DNA of 64,000 nucleotides from an uncultured delta proteobacterium (GTDB taxonomy: Bacteria; Myxococcota; Kuafuiibacteriia; Kuafuiibacteriales; Kuafuiibacteriaceae), in contig CAWDML010000009.1 of the NCBI GenBank assembly GCA_963803435.1, positions 704,001 through 768,000 on the forward strand, given 5' to 3'. The translations under genes and the position numbers were made by a program. Positions 20,141-30,228 of this stretch are shown here, piece after piece; positions within the stretch are counted from its first letter, which is position 1, and each line of letters starts with the position of its first letter. The notes under the pieces are model-generated. The model was not told the origin of the DNA. It worked only from the letters and a program-made list of their open reading frames with translations, and searched no databases.

Positions 20141-21997
20141 ATGGGTCGGGAGATGGAGGAGTGGTTGGAGGCCGACGGGCTCGGCGGGTACGCGTCGGGC
20201 ACCGTGTCGGGCGTGCGCACGCGGCGCTATCACGCACTCTTGTGCGCGGCCGTGGCGCCGCCCGCCCGGAGGATGGTGCTGGTCTCCGGGCTCGACGCGT
20301 TCGTGCATACGGCGGCCGGACGGTTCGCGGTGAGCGCGCAGCGCTATGTCGGCGACGTCGTGCATCCCGACGGCGATCGCCGGATCATCGCATTCAGCGG
20401 GGAGCCCTGGCCGACCTGGACGTTCCGGCTGGAGGACGGGACCGAGCTGGTGCAGGAGCTGTTCAGCGTCCGCGGCGCGCCGGAGACGGTGGTGCGCTTC
20501 GCGCGGGTCGCGGGTCGGGGGCCGTGCCGCCTCGAGCTGCGGCTGTTCCTCGCAGGGCGCGACCATCACGCGACCCACCACGAGAACCCGGTCTTCTCGT
20601 TAACGGCCGAGCCCAGGGGCGGTGCCCAGGTCTTCGCGCCCTATCCGGGCGTCCCGGCCCTCGCGGTCGCCACCCACGGCGCGTACCACCCGGACCCCTG
20701 CTGGTATCGCAGCTTCTACTACACAGAGGAGGCCGCGCGCGGGCTGGAGGCGGTCGAGGATCTGGCGTCACCCGGCGTGTTCACGTTCGACCTCGACACG
20801 CGCGACGCGACCCTCACCCTCCGCGCCGGTGACCCGCCGCCGGTCGAGGCGAACGCGCGGCGCCTCGCGGAGCGGGCCCGGCGCGGTCGCCTCTCCGCGA
20901 TCGAGCGCGCGGCGGAGAGCTACTGGGTGCGGCGCGGCCAAGGCTCCACGATCATCGCCGGCTACCCGTGGTTCACCGACTGGGGCCGCGACACCTGCAT
21001 CGCGCTGCGCGGGCTCTCCTCGCGCGCCGGGGGGCGCGCCGCGGCCCTCGAGATGCTCGAGGAGTGGGCGGGGTGCGTCTCCGAGGGGATGCTGCCGAAC
21101 CGCTTCCCCGACGAGGGGGGCGTCCCGGAGTACACCTCGGTCGACGCGTCGCTCTGGTTCGTGATCGCGGCCCAGGGGCTTCGGTCACCTGCGATCGACG
21201 AGGCGACCCGTGCGATCGTCGCAGGCTACGCCTCCGGGACCCGCTTCGGGATCCGCATGGACGACGACGGTCTGTTGTTCGCCGGCCGCCGCGGCCTGCA
21301 GCTGACCTGGATGGACGCGAAGGTCGGCGACCGGGTGGTCACGCCGCGCCGCGGCAAGCCGGTCGAGGTCCAGGCGCTCTGGATCAACGCGCTCGAGCTC
21401 GCAGCCGAGCTGGATCGGAGTCTTCTCGCGATCGCCGAGAGGGCGCGCGCCGCCTTCGCCAGGCGCTTCTGGAACGCAGCGCGCGGCTGCCTCTACGACG
21501 TTGTCGACGTCGACTTCGAGCGCGGCCAGACCGACGGAGCGCTGCGCCCGAACCAGATCTACGCGGTGGGCGGCCTGCCTCGACCCGTCCTCGCCGGCGC
21601 GAAGGCGCGGGCGGTGGTGGACGTCGTCGAGTCCGAGCTCCTGACGCCGCACGGGCTCCGTTCGCTCGCACCCGGCGAGCCGGGCTATCGGTCGCGCTAC
21701 CAGGGCGGAGTGCTGGAGCGGGACACCGCGTACCATCAGGGCACCGTGTGGCCGTTTCTGATCGGGCCGTTCGTCGAGGCCTGGCTCCGCGTCCACGGTG
21801 ATACGCACGGCAACCGGTCGCTCGCCCGCGCGCGGTTCCTCGCTCCGCTGCTGGCGCACCTCGAGCACGCCGGGCTCGGGCACGTCTTCGAGATCGCGGA
21901 CGGCGACGCGCCGCATCGACCGCGGGGCTGTCCGTTCCAGGCCTGGTCCCTGGGTGAGCTCTTGCGCGCGCTGGATCTGACCGCAAGGCGACGATAG
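20141..21997 (+). CDS. Glycogen debranching enzyme family (amylo-alpha-1,6-glucosidase)
   Basis: EWLEADGLGGYASGT, AGYPWFTDWGRD, TWMDAKVG, YHQGTVWP, GCPFQAWS. Confidence 0.93.
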   Translation: MGREMEEWLEADGLGGYASGTVSGVRTRRYHALLCAAVAPPARRMVLVSGLDAFVHTAAGRFAVSAQRYVGDVVHPDGDRRIIAFSGEPWPTWTFRLEDGTELVQELFSVRGAPETVVRFARVAGRGPCRLELRLFLAGRDHHATHHENPVFSLTAEPRGGAQVFAPYPGVPALAVATHGAYHPDPCWYRSFYYTEEAARGLEAVEDLASPGVFTFDLDTRDATLTLRAGDPPPVEANARRLAERARRGRLSAIERAAESYWVRRGQGSTIIAGYPWFTDWGRDTCIALRGLSSRAGGRAAALEMLEEWAGCVSEGMLPNRFPDEGGVPEYTSVDASLWFVIAAQGLRSPAIDEATRAIVAGYASGTRFGIRMDDDGLLFAGRRGLQLTWMDAKVGDRVVTPRRGKPVEVQALWINALELAAELDRSLLAIAERARAAFARRFWNAARGCLYDVVDVDFERGQTDGALRPNQIYAVGGLPRPVLAGAKARAVVDVVESELLTPHGLRSLAPGEPGYRSRYQGGVLERDTAYHQGTVWPFLIGPFVEAWLRVHGDTHGNRSLARARFLAPLLAHLEHAGLGHVFEIADGDAPHRPRGCPFQAWSLGELLRALDLTARRR

Positions 21998-22043
21998 GTC
22001 GCCGATGGCGGCCAGGGGCTGTCGGCGGTCGATCCTGGTCCGC

Positions 22044-23978
22044 TCAGACGTCCAGCTCTTCCAGCCGGGTCGCCGCCGCGCGCTCCATGATGAACTGGAA
22101 CCGCGGCGCCGGGTCCTTACCCATCAGCGTCTGGATCGTCTCGTTGCTCTTTCGATCGAGCACCACGCGCAGCGCACGCCGGCGCTTCGGGTCGAGCGTC
22201 GTCGTCTTCAGATCCTCCGCGTCCATCTCGCCGAGCCCCTTGAAACGGCTGATCTTCGGCTTCACGTTCTTGGGGAGCTCCTTGAGGATCTTCTCGCGTT
22301 CGCGCTCGTCGCGGGCCCAGAGTGTGTCCTTGGCAGCGTCGATCCGAAACAGCGGCGGCTGCGACAGATAGACATGCCCAGACTTCACCAGCTCGGGCAT
22401 GTGCTGGAGGAAGAACGTCAACAGCAGCGTGGCGATGTGGTTACCATCGTAGTCCGCGTCCATCAGAAGAAAGATGCGCTCGTAGCGCAGCTTGCTCAGG
22501 TCGAACTTGGGTCCGATCCCGCAGCCCAGCGCCGAGACGATCGCGCCGATCTCCTTGTTGTCGAGCACCTTCGAGAGGCTCGCCTGGATGGTGTTGAGCA
22601 CCTTACCCCGGAGCGGGAGGATCGCCTGCGTCTTGCGATCGCGGCCCATCTTGGCCGAGCCGCCGGCGGAGTCGCCCTCGACGATGAAGAGCTCCGAGTT
22701 GGCCGGGTTGGTGCTCGAGCAGTCGGCGAGCTTCCCGGGGAGGTTCAGCCGGTGCGAGACCGCGCTCTTGCGCTGGACCTGCTGGGCGGCGACGCGCGAG
22801 GCCTCGCGGGCGCGCGAGGCCAGCTCGATCCGATCGCAGATGCGATCGGCGACGGTGCCGTTGTTGAGCAGCCAGTGCTCGAGCGCGGGGCGGACGATGT
22901 TCTCCACCAGGCCGAGCGCCTCTGGGTTGTTGAGGCGCCCCTTGGTCTGTCCCTGGAACTGCGGCTCGCGGATGTAGAGCGACAGCACGCCCACCAGGCC
23001 CTCGCGGATGTCCTCGGCCGAGATGGTGAGCCCCTTCGGAACCTTCTTGTGCGCCGTCTGGTAGGCGCGCACCGCCTTCACGATCGCCTGCTTGAGGCCG
23101 TTCTCGTGGGAGCCGCCGTCGGCGGTGCGGACGCCGTTGGCGAAGCTGTAGATGATCTCGGTGGTGGCGTCGGTCCAGCCCAGGATGAGCTGGAGCCGCG
23201 GATACTCGGTGTTCTCGAAGAGGAAGTAGCCGGAGTGGATCAGGCTCTTCTTGTTCGCCTCGATGATGCGCGGCAGGTACTCCTCGAGGCCCTTGGGGTG
23301 GTGGAAGGTGAGCTCCTCACCCTCGCGCGGATCCTCGTACGTGATGGTGACCTGCGGGTGCAGGAAGGCCTTCGAGTCCAGGACCTCCTTGACGCGCTTC
23401 GGATCGAACCGCGCGGTCATCCCGAACACGGCCGGATCGGGCCGGAAGTGCGTCTTGGTACCGTGCTTGCGGGTCGCCTTGCCCTTCTTCAGCTTGGAGG
23501 CGGTCTTCCCCATCTTGAACGACTGGGTCCACTCGTGGCCATCGCGCTGGATCCAGAGCGTCATCTCCTCCGAGAGCGCGTTCACCACCGAAGAGCCGAC
23601 GCCGTGGAGGCCGCCGGAGACGTCGTACGTCTCGGAGTCGAACTTGGCGCCGGAGTGGAGCGTGGTCAGGATCAGCTCCACGGCCGGCTTCTTGTACTTC
23701 TTCATCATCGCGACGGGGATGCCCCGGCCGTCGTCTCCGATGGTGACGCCGCGGTAGTCCTCGTCGAGCTCCACGCTGATGTTGCTCGCGTGGCCGTTGA
23801 TCACCTCGTCGATCGAGTTGTCGAGAATCTCGCGCAGGAGGTGGTGATAGCCATGGACGTCGGTACCGCCGATGTACATGCCGGGGCGCATCCGCACCGG
23901 CTCGAGGCCCTCGAGGACCTTGATCTGCTCCGCGCCGTAACGACCGTTCTTCTTGTTACCGTTCTTCGCCATGGTCAT
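22044..23978 (-). CDS. parE: Type IIA topoisomerase subunit B, probably topoisomerase IV ParE
   Basis: VRMRPGMYIG, DDGRGIP, GGLHGVG, VEGDSAGG, PLRGK, MDADYDG, RFKGLGEM; 644 aa. Confidence 0.8.
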   Translation of the reverse strand: MTMAKNGNKKNGRYGAEQIKVLEGLEPVRMRPGMYIGGTDVHGYHHLLREILDNSIDEVINGHASNISVELDEDYRGVTIGDDGRGIPVAMMKKYKKPAVELILTTLHSGAKFDSETYDVSGGLHGVGSSVVNALSEEMTLWIQRDGHEWTQSFKMGKTASKLKKGKATRKHGTKTHFRPDPAVFGMTARFDPKRVKEVLDSKAFLHPQVTITYEDPREGEELTFHHPKGLEEYLPRIIEANKKSLIHSGYFLFENTEYPRLQLILGWTDATTEIIYSFANGVRTADGGSHENGLKQAIVKAVRAYQTAHKKVPKGLTISAEDIREGLVGVLSLYIREPQFQGQTKGRLNNPEALGLVENIVRPALEHWLLNNGTVADRICDRIELASRAREASRVAAQQVQRKSAVSHRLNLPGKLADCSSTNPANSELFIVEGDSAGGSAKMGRDRKTQAILPLRGKVLNTIQASLSKVLDNKEIGAIVSALGCGIGPKFDLSKLRYERIFLLMDADYDGNHIATLLLTFFLQHMPELVKSGHVYLSQPPLFRIDAAKDTLWARDEREREKILKELPKNVKPKISRFKGLGEMDAEDLKTTTLDPKRRRALRVVLDRKSNETIQTLMGKDPAPRFQFIMERAAATRLEELDV

Positions 23979-26283
23979 TCACCCACCTGCGGCACGTCCG
24001 GGAGCTGAAATTCGACCTCGGTGAACTTGGAGCGCTTCACCAGTGCGCGTCCTCGGGCGCCGCGGGTCGACTCGAGCGCCTCCGCGAACAGCTCGAAGCG
24101 CCGCCCGCCGTCGGTGAAGACCACCACGGATCCGACCCGCGGCGACGGCACCGGCTTCGCCGCCAGGAGCGAGGCGTCCTTTGCCAGCTTGATCAACATC
24201 GTCCCCCGACCTGCGCCCGAGAGGAGCGCGATCTCCTCCATCCTCACCGCGATGCCGTGGCCGTCGTCGGACACGGCGATCACGAAGCGGAGGTCGTAGG
24301 TCGGGAACACCGTGAGGACCTCGTCTCCGTCCTTGAGGCGCGCGTACTTCCTCCCGCTGCGCGTCGACGGCTCCTTGTGCGGGAACAGCGAGAAGCGGAA
24401 GGCGTAGCCCTTCTTGGTCACCGCCACGGCGTAGGGCGGGGAGGGGAATCCGTCATCGAGGATCAGCTCCTCCTCCGGCATCTCGATCAGGCGCGGATCG
24501 AAGGAGCAGGCCCCCACGACCGTCTCGCCGTCGCCGAACTTGAACATCTTCTGGATCGGATCGCCGTAGCCCGTGGAGGCCGGCACCTCCGCGATCCGCG
24601 TGACGTAGCAGACCCCGTGATTGGAGAAGAACGCGATGGGCGCGCGCGTCGAATCCGGCCTGGACCGCCAGCACCCGGTCACCCTCCTTGGTGCGCGTGG
24701 TCGACAGAATCCTTCACCTTGCCCTGCCGCTTGACCCAGCCGCGGGCGCTGACGATCACGATCGCGTCCTCGTCGACGATGAAGTCCTCCGCCGAGAACT
24801 CCGCCTCCTCGGCCACCGCGATCTTGGTCCGCCGCTTGTCCGCGTACTCCTTCTTGAGCTCGAGCAGCTCGCTCTTCACCAGCGCCCAGAGCTTCGCGTC
24901 GCTCCGGAGGAGCGCCTTGATCCGCTTGGCCTCGGTCCGCTTCTTGTCGGCCTCCTCGCGGATGATCAGGATCTCCAGCCTGGCCAGGCGATAGAGCTTG
25001 AGCTCCAGGATGGCGTCGGTCTGGATCTCGTCGAGGCCGAAGCGCTTCATGATCTTCTGCGCCGCGTCCGCCTTGCCCTCGCTCCTGCGGATGATCTTCA
25101 GGATCTCGTCGAGGGCGTCGAAGACCTTCTCGAACCCTTCCAGGATGTGCAGGCGCTTCTCGAGCTGATCGAGATCGAACTGCAGCCGCTTCTTGACCGT
25201 GTCGAAGCGGAAGTCGAGGAAGTGCACGAGCATCTGCTTGAGATCGAGCCGCTGCGGGGTGGGCACCTCCGGGTTGTCGCTCGGCACCAGGCAGGTCAGG
25301 TTCACCTGCACGTTGCTCTGGAAGGGCGTGTTCTTGGCGAGGTACGCCATGATGAGGTCCGGGTTCGCCGTCTTCTTCATCTCGAGCACGACGCGGACCT
25401 CCTGCGTCGACTCGTCGCGGACGTCGACCAGCGGCGGCAGCTTCCGGCCGACGATGATCTCCGCGATCTTCTCCACCAGCGTGCGCTTCTCCAGCCCGTA
25501 CGGGATCGAGGTGATGACGATCTGCTCCGGTTTCTTGGGATCGATCGTCCACTCGCCGCGGACCTTCACGGTGCCCTGGCCGCTCTCGTAGATGCGGCGT
25601 AGCTCGTCCTTGGGGGTGATGATCTCGCCGCCAGTGGGGAAGTCGGGGCCCTTCACCTTGGCCATCAGCTTCGCGACCGGGGTCTTCCGGTTGTCGATCA
25701 GCAGATCGAGAGCGTCGATCACCTCGCCGAGGTTGTGGGGCGGGATGCTGGTCGCCATCCCGACCGCGATGCCCTGGGCGCCGTTCACCAGCAGATTGGG
25801 GAAGCGGGACGGGAGGACGATCGGCTCGGTCGTCTCGGCGTCGAAGGTCGGACGGAAGAGGACGGTCTTCTGGGAGAGCTCGGTCAGGAGCTCCATCGCG
25901 ATCTTCTGGAGCCGCGCTTCCGTGTACCGGTAGGCGGCGGCCTCGTCGCCGTCCTGCGAGCCGAAGTTGCCCTGGCCGAGGACCAGCGGCATCCGCATGA
26001 CCCACTCGCGGGCCAGCCGCACCAGCGCGTCGTAGATCGCGGTGTCCCCGTGCGGGTGGTACTTGCCGATGACGTCGCCGACGATGCGCGCGCATTTCAC
26101 GGGTTTTCCGTCCGGCCGGAGGTGGAGCTCGTGGTACATCGCGTAGAGGATCCGGCGCTGCACCGGTTTCAGGCCGTCCCGAACGTCGGGCAGGGCCCGG
26201 CTGGTGATGACCGAGAGCGCGTAGTTCAGGTACAGCCGCTTGGTCTCGTCGCTGAGGGCAACATCCTGGATCTGAGGGTCCAT
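23975..26283 (-). CDS. parC: Type IIA topoisomerase subunit A (ParC-like); two apparent +1 frameshifts
   Basis: [30 protein letters not shown]; a 769-codon ORF results if GAATC at 24651 and 24707 are read as GATC; no canonical GyrA-box seen. Confidence 0.8.
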
Positions 26284-26481
26284 TTGTTCAGCGGTCGTTT
26301 ATCGGCCCGGAGGATCGCCGTCAATTGCTCTCCCCGCCCGGAAGTCCGGCTGGCGGGTCTAACCGTCGAGGGGAGCAGGGCAGGCGTGTCAGCTTCCTGT
26401 CCGGCCGACGTGAGATCTGGAACATACCGAGAACGTTCGGTTCTTGCTTATGCTGGGCGGACCGTGCGGATGTTGTCGCTG

Positions 26482-28383
26482 ATGCGGGCGGCCCTCGGCT
26501 TCATCGTCGCCGCGCTGGCCGCGCCCGACGCGCTCGCGCACGACATCCAGATCCCGCTCTCGGAGCTCCGCTACGGGGTTCAGCGCATCGACGATGTCCT
26601 CTTCCTCTACCGGACGCAGCCGCCGATCCCGCCGCTTCCGGAGACGCCGGCCGATCAGCGCCGCGTGCTGGGCGCCGCCGAGATCGAGCTGGCGCTCGGC
26701 AACACGCGCGTGGCGCTCCAGCTCTTGATGGGCCGCCTGGCCGACGCCCGCTTCCAGGCCTTGCCCGAGTACGTGGCCACGCTCCTGATGACGTCGCAGA
26801 TCCTCGAGGACCAGGACGAGCACGCCGGCGCGATGCACTACGCCGAGCTGGCCCTCCGCCAGGGAGGAACGCCGGAGCAGATGGCCGAGGCAGGCGCTCG
26901 GTGGTTCCGGATCGCGCGCCGCAGCCAGCGGCTCGATCGCCGGCTCGAGATCTACGAGCTGTGGAAGGAGCGCGGGGGGGAGGCGGCGGCCGGATCGGAG
27001 ATCGCATCGTCCGTCCGGTACGAGGCCGCGTTCGCGCTGCGGGCGGACAATCGCCTGGCCGAGGCCCGCCAGCTCCTGGCGCGCGTGCCCTCGGACAGCG
27101 CCTACGGCTCGCGGGCGGCCTACCTCGCCGGCGTCATCTTCGTGGAGCAGGGCGACCTCGAGAACGCCGAGCGCTGGTTCGCAGCCGTGATGGATTGGGC
27201 GGTGACCGCGGATCCGCGGGACCGGCCGCAGACCGCGATCGAGAAGGACGTCCGCGAGCTGGCCGCGCTCTCGGCGGGACGCCTCCGCTACGAGCGCGGC
27301 GATCTCGAGGCCGCCGCCCAGGCGTATCAGCGGATCGGCGAGGGCTCGGTCCACCAGGAGGAGGCCTGCTGGGAGCGGGCCTATCTCGACCTGGAGCTGC
27401 GCAAGCGGCGGGGTGCGCTCAAGAACGTCCAGTGCGTGATGGATCTGGGCGCGCGGGGCGCCCGCTTCGTCGACGCCAAGCTGTTCCGGGCCTCGCTCCT
27501 GGCGCACCTGTCGCGCTACGCCGACTCCATCGAGTCGTATCGGCTCCTCCACCGGGAGATGGAGCTCGAGCGCGACCTCTTCGCGAAGGCCACCAAGAGT
27601 ATCGACCAGCCCGCCCAGCTCCTGTTCAGCGCGATGGAGCGCAACGCGATGGACCTCGAGCGGGATGCCTCTCCTGGACCCGCCACGCTGTTCGCCGACG
27701 CCTGGAACACCGACGTCGATCATGCGTACCGGGTCGATCGCGGGATCGATCACGCCGAGGCCGACCTCGGGCAGATCCTGGGCGAGATCAGGACGCTCAC
27801 CACGGCGCTGCAGCAGGACACCGCGTTCGTGGGGCTCGACCTGCGGCGGCAACAGCTCAAGCGGCTGCTCCAAGAGATCCACCACCTGCAAGGCCACGCC
27901 GAGGGGCTCCAGATCGCGACCGAGCCCCGGCACGCGTCCACGCGCCTGGTGCTGGCGGCCCACGATCACACGAAGGACGCCCGCGAGCTCGAGAGCCTGG
28001 TGGACAAGCTCACCACCCAGGAGAAGCAGGTCGAGGCCGACCTGGTGCGCCTCGATCAGATCGAGACCCAGCGGCGCTCGGCCGCGCTCCGCATGCTGGG
28101 TGAGCTCGAGACCGAGCTCAACGGGATCGCTCGCGACGCAGACGCGCTCGAGCAGGAGGCGGGCGGGACCTCCAACATCGTGGCCGAGAAGGCGATCGCC
28201 GACGTGCAGCAGTCACTCCAGGACGCGGCGATGCGGGCCGAGGTTGGTGTCCTCGACACCTACTGGCTGAAGAAACAGCACCGCACGGAGGCGATCGAAA
28301 ACCTGATGCAGCTCCAGAAGGAGACCGAGCAGCAGGTGATCGATGCGATGGACGAGCTGTCGAAGGAAGAAGACGCCGACTAG
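26482..28383 (+). CDS. Secreted TPR/coiled-coil protein (start may be 26464-26482)
   Basis: Signal peptide ending DALA; TPR-like AAYLAGVI, ALSAGRLRYE; coiled-coil C-terminal half; TAG stop lies within the CTAG insertion site. Confidence 0.8.
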   Translation: MRAALGFIVAALAAPDALAHDIQIPLSELRYGVQRIDDVLFLYRTQPPIPPLPETPADQRRVLGAAEIELALGNTRVALQLLMGRLADARFQALPEYVATLLMTSQILEDQDEHAGAMHYAELALRQGGTPEQMAEAGARWFRIARRSQRLDRRLEIYELWKERGGEAAAGSEIASSVRYEAAFALRADNRLAEARQLLARVPSDSAYGSRAAYLAGVIFVEQGDLENAERWFAAVMDWAVTADPRDRPQTAIEKDVRELAALSAGRLRYERGDLEAAAQAYQRIGEGSVHQEEACWERAYLDLELRKRRGALKNVQCVMDLGARGARFVDAKLFRASLLAHLSRYADSIESYRLLHREMELERDLFAKATKSIDQPAQLLFSAMERNAMDLERDASPGPATLFADAWNTDVDHAYRVDRGIDHAEADLGQILGEIRTLTTALQQDTAFVGLDLRRQQLKRLLQEIHHLQGHAEGLQIATEPRHASTRLVLAAHDHTKDARELESLVDKLTTQEKQVEADLVRLDQIETQRRSAALRMLGELETELNGIARDADALEQEAGGTSNIVAEKAIADVQQSLQDAAMRAEVGVLDTYWLKKQHRTEAIENLMQLQKETEQQVIDAMDELSKEEDAD

Positions 28384-28448
28384 GAGCGTGTAGCGCGTAG
28401 CGCTACCGCGAGCCCGGTCCGGGTCCCGGTCCCGGTCCCGGTCCCGAT
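28380..28448 (+). repeat. Left TIR including 6 CCCGGT-type hexamers (28413-28448)
   Basis: cccggt ccgggt cccggt cccggt cccggt cccgat. Confidence 0.95.
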
Positions 28449-28453
28449 GGCGA

Positions 28454-28821
28454 TCATGCAGCCCGGCGTGCGTTCATCGACTTGATGAGGCGCGTGAGCA
28501 TCTCGACAACGCGCTTGAGCTTGGCTCTGGCGGCTTGGAGCTTCTGCTCGTTGGCGAGTCGGCGCCTCAAGCAGGTGTGGAGTGAGGCGGCGCTTTCGGT
28601 GCCAGAGCGAAGTGCCATCCGGTAGAGCGAGCCTTCTCAGGTGGATTGAACTCTCCGGCGCCCTCGGCGGTGTTGTTCACGATGGAATCGGATGCCCGCC
28701 GAAGCTGATCGCGGACGTGAGCGTGACCGGGTTGCAGTTCTTGTGCGATCTCTTCAGCGATGTCGGCATACTCGACGGCGAGCTGGTAGACCTCGAGCTT
28801 CTCGTGATCGAAAGTGACCAT
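28454..28821 (-). CDS. Four-helix-bundle protein (23S rRNA IVP / TIGR02436, Avd-like fold); 1-nt frameshift near 28626
   Basis: FDHEKLEVYQLAVE...DQLRRASDSIVNNTAEGAG...EKAR[F]YRMALRSGTESAA; 123 codons if one base is restored. Confidence 0.85.
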
Positions 28822-28936
28822 GCAAGCTAGCTTGCGGTAGCTCGTCCGCTTTGACCGGCAGAAGTTCTTGGAGGTCGTTTCGTCTGGAATCGATCGATCG
28901 TTGGGCGGATCGACTTCGACGCCTGGCCATGGTTTC

Positions 28937-30132
28937 GTGGCGAAGCAATACCGTTCTTGGACTCCGAGAAGGACCCGCGAGGCGAGCGACCGTACTCGCC
29001 TCGAATGATGATCGCGCTGCTTCTGTACGCCTACTGCACCGGCATCTATTCGTCGCGGAGGATCGCGCGGGCGACCTACCAAGACATTCCATTCCGGGTG
29101 CTGGCTGGAGAAAGTCATCCCCACTTCACGACGATCAACGAGTTTCGGCTCGTCCACCTGGAGGCACTGAAAGCGCTCTTCCTCGAAGTCCTGAAGCTTT
29201 GCCAAAAAGCAGGTTTGGTGCGGCTCGGACACGTCGCACTCGATGGCTCGAAGGTGCAGGCGAACGCGAGCAAGCACAAGGCGATGACCTACGAGCGGAT
29301 GGCCGAGGAGGAGAAGCGGCAGTCTCTCGAGATCGAAGAACTGCTGGAGCGAGCGCGCACGATCGACCAAGAGGAAGACGAGCGGCTGGGCGTTGAAGAG
29401 ACTGAAGAGGACATCCCAGCGGAGCTCGCACGCCGTGAATCCCGCCTTGCCCGCATTCGAGAAGCGAAGGCTGCGCTGGAACAGGATGCCGCCAGGGCTC
29501 GCGCGGAGAAATTGCGCAGGCAAGCCGAAGAGCAGCAGAGCAAAGCGGATGATGCTCTTGTGGATCGGGTGGAGCAGAAGCGAGCGAGAACTCGAGCCGA
29601 GAAGGCAAGAGCGCAGGCTGACCAGCTCGAACCATCCCCAGACCCAACTGAACGAAATGAGGGATGGCCGCATCATCGCGTTCCTGCAAATGTGGACGGC
29701 ACACCGAGGCCCAACGCTCAGAGGAACTTCACCGACTCAGACAGCAGGATCATGTTGAAGGAGGGAGCGTACCTCCAGGCCTACAATGCCCAAGTTGTCG
29801 TAGATGAGCACGCTCAGGTGATTGTCGCCGAAGGGGTCAGCAACCAGGCACCTGATCAGCAACACCTCGTCCCGATGCTCCAGCCCACACCTGCCTCGCT
29901 CGCTCGCAAGCGAATGCGAGACAAGTTGCAAACGCGCGACGGCAAGGCGGTCTACGCCCGCAGGAAGAGTATCGTCGAACCGGCGCTCGGACAGATCAAA
30001 GGGGCACGAGGATTCCGCCGGTTCTCGCTACGCTCCTTCTTCAAGGTACGAGCCGAGTGGACGCTCGTCTGCCTCACCCACAACCTGCTCAAGCTCTACC
30101 GATCGAAGCTCGCGACCGTCGCGAGCGTCTGA
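28937..30132 (+). pseudogene. IS1182-family transposase with internal deletions
   Basis: N-terminal MAKQYRSWTP joined out of frame to EKDPRGERPYSPRMM..YSSRRI; LDGSKVQANAS, NFTDSDSRIM, YNAQ, YARRKSIVEP present; expected ADAGY-type segment absent. Confidence 0.85.
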
Positions 30133-30152
30133 CTCAAGGCAGCCATCTTCAG

Positions 30153-30228
30153 ATCGGGACCCGGACCGGGACCGGGACCGGGACCGGGACCGGGGTCGCG
30201 TGAGCGCTTACGCGCTACACGCTCCTAG
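30153..30228 (-). repeat. Right TIR including 7 ACCGGG-type hexamers (30153-30194)
   Basis: atcggg acccgg (accggg)5 gtcgcgtgagcgcttacgcgctacacgctcctag. Confidence 0.95.

Larger units (their letters stand above)
28380..30228. mobile_element. Non-autonomous IS1182-derived element with long TIRs and a four-helix-bundle cargo gene
   Basis: CTAGGAGCGTGTAGCGCGTA... at the left end and its reverse complement ...TACGCGCTACACGCTCCTAG at the right; CTAG at both ends; lower GC than the flanks by eye. Confidence 0.85.

Noticed and set aside
24640-24720. Programmed frameshifting or true pseudogenisation of parC
   Set aside because: No slippery sequence; two shifts 56 bp apart share the GAATC signature also seen in an unrelated gene, so systematic error is more parsimonious.
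28454-28821. Diversity-generating retroelement suggested by the Avd-like gene
   Set aside because: No reverse transcriptase and no TR/VR repeat pair seen in the window.
28413-30194. Hexamer arrays as a CRISPR array or as coding DRDRDR repeats
   Set aside because: No spacers and no cas genes; the arrays are inverted copies within TIRs, and the ORFs crossing them look spurious.
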